Shown: positions 59,003 to 64,000 of the stretch, in pieces | Layout: every line of letters begins with the position of its first letter | Numbering within the stretch: position 1 is the stretch's first letter | Source of the DNA: Savitreella phatthalungensis | Lineage: Eukaryota | Reading direction: 5' to 3' | Assembly: GCA_051599415.1 (NCBI GenBank) | Contig: AP039696.1 | Location: 496,001-560,000, forward strand | DNA: 64,000 nt | Program-made: the position numbers and the translations under genes | The notes under the pieces: generated by a model | Told to the model about the DNA's origin: nothing | The model's database searches: none | What the model saw: the letters and a program-made list of their open reading frames with translations, nothing else

Positions 59003-62000
59003 ATGCCGAGGAAGGCGATTGACGGCCGGATACCGACGCTGATCAAGAATGGTGTCCAGGAGAAGAAACGGTCAATCTTTGTGGTTGTTGGCGACAGAGG
59101 CCGCGATCAGGTGGTCAACTTGCACTGGCTTCTCTCGCAATCGCAAGTCGCGAGCCGACCGAACGTATTATGGATGTACAAAAAAGATCTGCTAGGCTTC
59201 ACGTCGCATCGAAAGAAACGGGAACAGAAGATCAAAAAGGACATCAAGCGAGGCATTCGCGATGCCAACGATGCGCAAGATCCATTTGAGCTATTCATCG
59301 CGGTAACAAATATACGCTATACCTACTACAAGGAGTCAGAAAAGATATTGGGTCAGACCTTCGGCATGTGCGTTCTCCAGGATTTTGAGGCTCTCACTCC
59401 GAATCTGCTCGCACGCACAATCGAAACCGTCGAAGGCGGCGGCATCATCGTGATCCTTTTGAAGACCATGACATCTCTCAAGCAGCTGTACACGATGACC
59501 ATGGACGTGCACTCCCGATACAGAACTGAGGGAAGGCATGACGTAACTGCGCGCTTCAATGAGCGCTTCATCTTGTCGTTGGCAGCGTGTCAGCATGCGC
59601 TTGTGGTCGACGACGAGCTCAATGTTTTGCCAGTGTCGGGCGCGAAGGACGTGACGGCGCTGCCTCCGACAATGGGCGATGAAGTAACCAAGGAACAGAG
59701 CCAGCTTAAAGAGCTCAAGCGTGAAACGGAGGAACGACAACCCGCTGGCGCGCTCGTCTCAGTGACGAGGACTTTGGATCAAGGAAAAGCGGTCTTGGCT
59801 TTCTGCGAAGCTGTCGGGGAGAAGACCTTGCGAAGTACTGTTACCCTCACTGCTGGTCGTGGACGTGGTAAATCTGCAGCTATGGGCTTGGCAGTGGCTT
59901 CAGCAGTCGCGTACGGCTATTCGAATATCTTCATCACATCTCCGACGCCAGAGAACTTGAAAACGCTCTTTGAATTCGTTTTCAAAGGCTTCGATTCCCT
60001 TCAATATGCTGAACATCTTGACTACGAGATCATCCAGTCGACGAATCCGGACTTCAATAAAGCTATTGTGCGTGTCAATGTTTTCCGCGGTCATCGGCAG
60101 ACGATCCAGTACATTCGTCCGGAGGACTCGCACGTGCTGGGACAGGCGGAACTCGTCGTCATCGACGAAGCTGCCGCTATACCTTTGCCATTGGTTCAGA
60201 AGTTAATTGGTCCATATCTCGTTTTCATGGCCTCGACCATCAATGGCTATGAGGGCACCGGTCGTTCTCTGTCACTGAAGCTTGTACAACAATTGAGGGA
60301 GCAATCTCGTGGGTTCATTGGACAGCGCGATAAGGCACTTGACGTCGTGGACGAGGTGGTGGACCGTGCGGGGAAATCGGCTGGGAAGCCCACACTCGGT
60401 GGACGGACTCTGCGCGAACTTCAACTCAAGGAGCCCATCAGGTATGCGAATGGCGATCCGATCGAAGCATGGCTCAACAAGCTGCTATGCCTGGATGTTT
60501 CTGCTTCTACCAATCGTTTCCCACAAGGTTGTCCGCACCCATCTGAGTGTCAACTTTTCGCGGTCAATCGTGACACGCTTTTCAGCTTCCATCCAGTCTC
60601 TGAGACCTTCCTGCAGCGGATGATGGCGCTTTACGTTTCCTCGCATTACAAGAACTCGCCAAATGACCTACAGCTCATGTCTGACGCCCCTGCTCACCAG
60701 CTTTTCGTACTCCTTCCGCCGGTCAAGGAATCAGACCGAGGACTGCCAGAGCCTCTGTGCGTCGTGCAGATTGCTCTCGAGGGTCAGATATCCAGACAAT
60801 CGGTACTCAACAATCTGGCGCGCGGCGTCCGAGCTGGTGGCGACCTTATTCCCTGGCTTGTCTCACAACAATTCCAGGATGAAGGCTTCGCTTCGCTCAG
60901 TGGTGCTCGCGTTGTCCGTATCGCCACGAACCCAGAGTATACACGCATGGGATACGGCAGGCGCGCGCTTGAACTGCTTCACGAGTGGTATTCAGGCAAA
61001 CTGACCAATCTAGACGAATCTGAGGTGGTGAAGGAAGATACTGTACGTGTCAGCGACGCAGAGCTTGCCAACGTGTCCTTGCAGACAGAAACCTTACAGG
61101 TGAGAGATGCCAGGAAGATGCCGCCCTTGTTGCTGAAGTTGTCGGAAAAGCGTCCCGAGGTACTGGATTACGTCGGAGTCTCCTACGGGATGACTCCATC
61201 GCTCTTCAAATTCTGGAAGCGTGCGGGCTATGCGCCGGTCTATCTCAGACAAACGCCAAACGATCTGACTGGTGAGCACTCATGTGTCATGGTGCGCGCG
61301 CTGGAAAGCAGTAATGAGTGGCTCGCGGCATTTGCAGGAGATTTCCGCAAGCGATTCATGAGTCTATTATCATATCAATTTGCCAAGTTCAGCGGCATCA
61401 CTGCGCTTTCCATCGTCGAGGCGGTCGATGCTGTGGCTCCATCATCAAGAAAACCGCTGGCCAAAGCAGAGCTCGATGTCGTCTTTAGTCCATTTGATCT
61501 GAAGCGGCTTGAAAGCTACAGTAATAATCTGCTCGATCATCATGTCGTGGTGGACCTCCTGCCGACGATTGCCACGCTCTACTTCAGCGGCCGTTTCAGT
61601 AGCGAAGTAAAGCTCTCTGGCGTACAAAGTTGCATCCTTCTCGGTCTCGGCTTGCAGCACAAGGTCATCGAAGATCTGGAGAAGGAGTTGAATTTACCTG
61701 CAAGCCAATTGCTGGCCATGCTGACCAAGGTGGTACGCAAAATATCAACTCACCTCAGGGAGGTGCAGAAGGCGGCCTACACTGCCGAGCTCCCTGATGA
61801 GGACGAGCGCGTACTGACGCTTGAGCACGAGGAGACTGTAACAAATGGCAAGAACGTGTTCAAGCCATTGACTCAAACATTAGAAGAGGATCTCGAGGAA
61901 GGTGCAGATGAGGTGCGTCGCGAGCAACGAGAGAAGCAGCGCGAGTTCATTGATGCTCTCGACCTTACACAGTACGCCGTGGTCGATGGTACACAAGACG

Positions 62001-62164
62001 ACTGGCAACAGGCTGAGGCTCAGATCAAGAAAGGTGGAGCCACCCAGGTCGGTGTAAGAGGTGCGGCTTCGACTGACAAACGTGGGATCGCACAGGAGAT
62101 TTTGGACAAGGAGGACAAGCACCGCCAAAAGAAGCGCGGCAAAAAGGAAAAAGCCAGGTCATAA
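59003..62164 (+). CDS. KRE33: RNA cytidine acetyltransferase Kre33/NAT10
   Basis: 'MPRKAIDGRIPTLIKNGV', 'LQDFEALTPNLLARTIETVEGGG', 'TAGRGRGKSAA', 'IDEAAAIPLP', 'STINGYEGTGRSL', 'HYKNSPNDLQL', 'RVVRIAT.PEY..MGYG'. Confidence 0.97.
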   Translation: MPRKAIDGRIPTLIKNGVQEKKRSIFVVVGDRGRDQVVNLHWLLSQSQVASRPNVLWMYKKDLLGFTSHRKKREQKIKKDIKRGIRDANDAQDPFELFIAVTNIRYTYYKESEKILGQTFGMCVLQDFEALTPNLLARTIETVEGGGIIVILLKTMTSLKQLYTMTMDVHSRYRTEGRHDVTARFNERFILSLAACQHALVVDDELNVLPVSGAKDVTALPPTMGDEVTKEQSQLKELKRETEERQPAGALVSVTRTLDQGKAVLAFCEAVGEKTLRSTVTLTAGRGRGKSAAMGLAVASAVAYGYSNIFITSPTPENLKTLFEFVFKGFDSLQYAEHLDYEIIQSTNPDFNKAIVRVNVFRGHRQTIQYIRPEDSHVLGQAELVVIDEAAAIPLPLVQKLIGPYLVFMASTINGYEGTGRSLSLKLVQQLREQSRGFIGQRDKALDVVDEVVDRAGKSAGKPTLGGRTLRELQLKEPIRYANGDPIEAWLNKLLCLDVSASTNRFPQGCPHPSECQLFAVNRDTLFSFHPVSETFLQRMMALYVSSHYKNSPNDLQLMSDAPAHQLFVLLPPVKESDRGLPEPLCVVQIALEGQISRQSVLNNLARGVRAGGDLIPWLVSQQFQDEGFASLSGARVVRIATNPEYTRMGYGRRALELLHEWYSGKLTNLDESEVVKEDTVRVSDAELANVSLQTETLQVRDARKMPPLLLKLSEKRPEVLDYVGVSYGMTPSLFKFWKRAGYAPVYLRQTPNDLTGEHSCVMVRALESSNEWLAAFAGDFRKRFMSLLSYQFAKFSGITALSIVEAVDAVAPSSRKPLAKAELDVVFSPFDLKRLESYSNNLLDHHVVVDLLPTIATLYFSGRFSSEVKLSGVQSCILLGLGLQHKVIEDLEKELNLPASQLLAMLTKVVRKISTHLREVQKAAYTAELPDEDERVLTLEHEETVTNGKNVFKPLTQTLEEDLEEGADEVRREQREKQREFIDALDLTQYAVVDGTQDDWQQAEAQIKKGGATQVGVRGAASTDKRGIAQEILDKEDKHRQKKRGKKEKARS

Positions 62165-63659
62165 GTGTATAGATATGCCAATAAGATTGACGTTGAAACG
62201 CTCGTCACGTCGCCAGCTAGCCCACGTCAGGCACTGGCCGAGGTCTGACGTAGCATTCTTAAAACACGTCGGCGCTTGGGACAATCCTGGACTCAGACTG
62301 CGAATCAAGCTTGTTGAGTCAATCAGATGATGCTTGCGGTTTTTGGACCGGGCGACTGAGTCGAGGAAAACGTCATCCGCAGTCACAAGCCCGTGCTTCG
62401 CTCGAGGGAAGCTAACTTTGATAGAAACCTGCCACGCTCGCGCTCAAATTCTGAATGACGCAGTTTTGAATGTCGTGTTCGATCAAGTCGCGGGACTATG
62501 TAACTCTACTTGGGTTTCGGTCGGCATGTTTGCCCGGGACAAGGAGATGACCATCCTCGACGGGCGGTTAGACGCTGTGAGAGCGAGGTTTGGACTGCAA
62601 TTAGACACATTGTGCTCTCAAATACGCTATAGCACATCGTACTCTCAACACTGTAGCCGTACATGGCGCTGAGAGCTGTCATGCGCCAGTATCAATGTAC
62701 TGCATCTTGACGGCCGGGCCCATTAATGTATGCAACGAACTCATTTGATCGATCGATAATTAAATGAATTATGCATGATCGATCGGTTCCTTCGTGAAAA
62801 ACAGATTCGGAATTGAGTCGTCATGCAGTGTTATGAGTTATTCCCGTTGAGTTTGATTTCAGTTACTCGATTGACTACTTGCACTGTCTCAATGTCTAGC
62901 TAGCTAATCATGCATGCGTGTCAATGGCTCGTATTCAGCGTATGCACGTACGCACGTACATCGATCACTAGAATTGATCGATTCATTGGCAGTAGCGAAT
63001 GTCTGAATACCGCTATCATTTACTCTCAATTCAACTACGAGATTCAATATATTGCATGCTGATCTACTATATGTATAATGAATGAATCAGCTCAAATAGT
63101 GCCAGATCTCTTGAACTGCATCGATATCTCGATCTTGATATCGAGGCCTGCATCTAATTCAGAGCTCTGATCAGAGTACGTACATATATTCGTAAGTACG
63201 GATATACGTCCATACATATATGCTGTATAGTTGTACGTCTGATAAATGAATTACACATATACTATTGTACGTCCGGCCGTATGCATCTGCAGGTATACGT
63301 ACGTAGATACGTCTGACTAGACCTGAAAACACCGACGAGCCCGAGTGAGTGCGTAAGCCGCAACCCACTCCCCAACAAACAACACCATCATCTGTCTCGA
63401 TCGGATTACCTTCAAATCGTCTTGTGTTGAATCGCGTTTCTATAGTGCGATACCCGGCAGCGCAATCAGCAGCACAATCCCACAGCGCTGTTTCGCACAC
63501 GAGTGCTAGTTGTGCAAAAAGCGCACTTTATCGGGGTAGCTCCATATACCAGCGAGATATGCGCTGATCCGTTCCTGAGAAATTGAGCTCGGTGATTACA
63601 GCTGTACACTTTCTGTACACTTTCCGAGTCGCGACTTCGAATCTCTCTAGTCCCTCAAC

Positions 63660-64000
63660 ATGTCGCTTCCAACGACAACGATTTATGCCTCGACAATGTC
63701 ATCGCCAACTGCTTCTCCCACAAGCACAAGCACTTCCTCATCCGGCAGTACTGTCGACAGCCAAAAATCGCCTTTGCTGTTTTTCGTTGCCTTAGGCTTT
63801 GGCGTACTCTTCACCAATCTGTGGATTATCATTGGTGTCAAATATTGTTTTCGCTATCAGAACGCCCGTCGTCGCGGTATGACTATGAACGAGGTTGCTA
63901 TGGAGCAGATGGGCCACCGACGAAGGCGACGAGAAAAGAAGTTGATGACTCAAGAGGAAGTCGACGATAGATTCCCTTTGCAGACTTACAAGAATTGGCG
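63660..64000 (+). CDS. 5' part of a single-pass membrane protein, probably a fungal membrane-anchored RING-H2 family member (runs off the right edge)
   Basis: Manual translation from ATG 63660: S/T-rich N-terminus, TM 'SPLLFFVALGFGVLFTNLWIIIGVKYCFRY', then 'RRRRREKKLMTQEEVDDRFPLQTYKNW'. The RING domain itself is not in the window, so that part is inference. Confidence 0.7.
   Translation, partial: MSLPTTTIYASTMSSPTASPTSTSTSSSGSTVDSQKSPLLFFVALGFGVLFTNLWIIIGVKYCFRYQNARRRGMTMNEVAMEQMGHRRRRREKKLMTQEEVDDRFPLQTYKNW

Noticed and set aside
62159..62672. Short ORFs on both strands downstream of KRE33
   Set aside because: Non-ATG starts and no recognisable motifs.
1..64000. CRISPR arrays, rRNA/tRNA genes, prokaryotic operons
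   Set aside because: No repeat-spacer structure or recognisable RNA gene seen by eye and the gene content is eukaryotic. Small ncRNAs cannot be excluded without tRNAscan-SE/Infernal.

Overview
Gene-dense, almost intron-free eukaryotic DNA from an ascomycete fungus. A compact yeast-like lineage such as Taphrinomycotina is plausible, but that is inference only. About 30 protein-coding genes can be supported, mostly housekeeping: Cft1/CPSF160, an SDR, a UBE2W-type E2, a Zn2Cys6 transcription factor, Ego1/LAMTOR1-like, Dph6, a PTH11-like receptor, glyoxalase, capping protein beta, MsrB, Ntm1, a CDF zinc transporter, Dbp7, Mde1, Rpc40, a hemerythrin-like protein, fumarate reductase-cytochrome b5, acyl-CoA oxidase, Hop2, TBCC, a 2OG-Fe(II) oxygenase, Lys2, Plp2, a CaM kinase, Kre33 and a partial membrane-anchored RING-family gene. 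The standout feature is the Lys2 alpha-aminoadipate reductase (A-T-R). Its adenylation domain is interrupted in frame, between core motifs A8 and A9, by a complete ~200-aa GAR transformylase (PurN/Ade8) domain with intact catalytic motifs, apparently nesting a purine-pathway enzyme inside a lysine-pathway enzyme. No rRNA, tRNA, CRISPR array or recognisable transposon was seen. All gene calls come from motif recognition by eye, not database searches.
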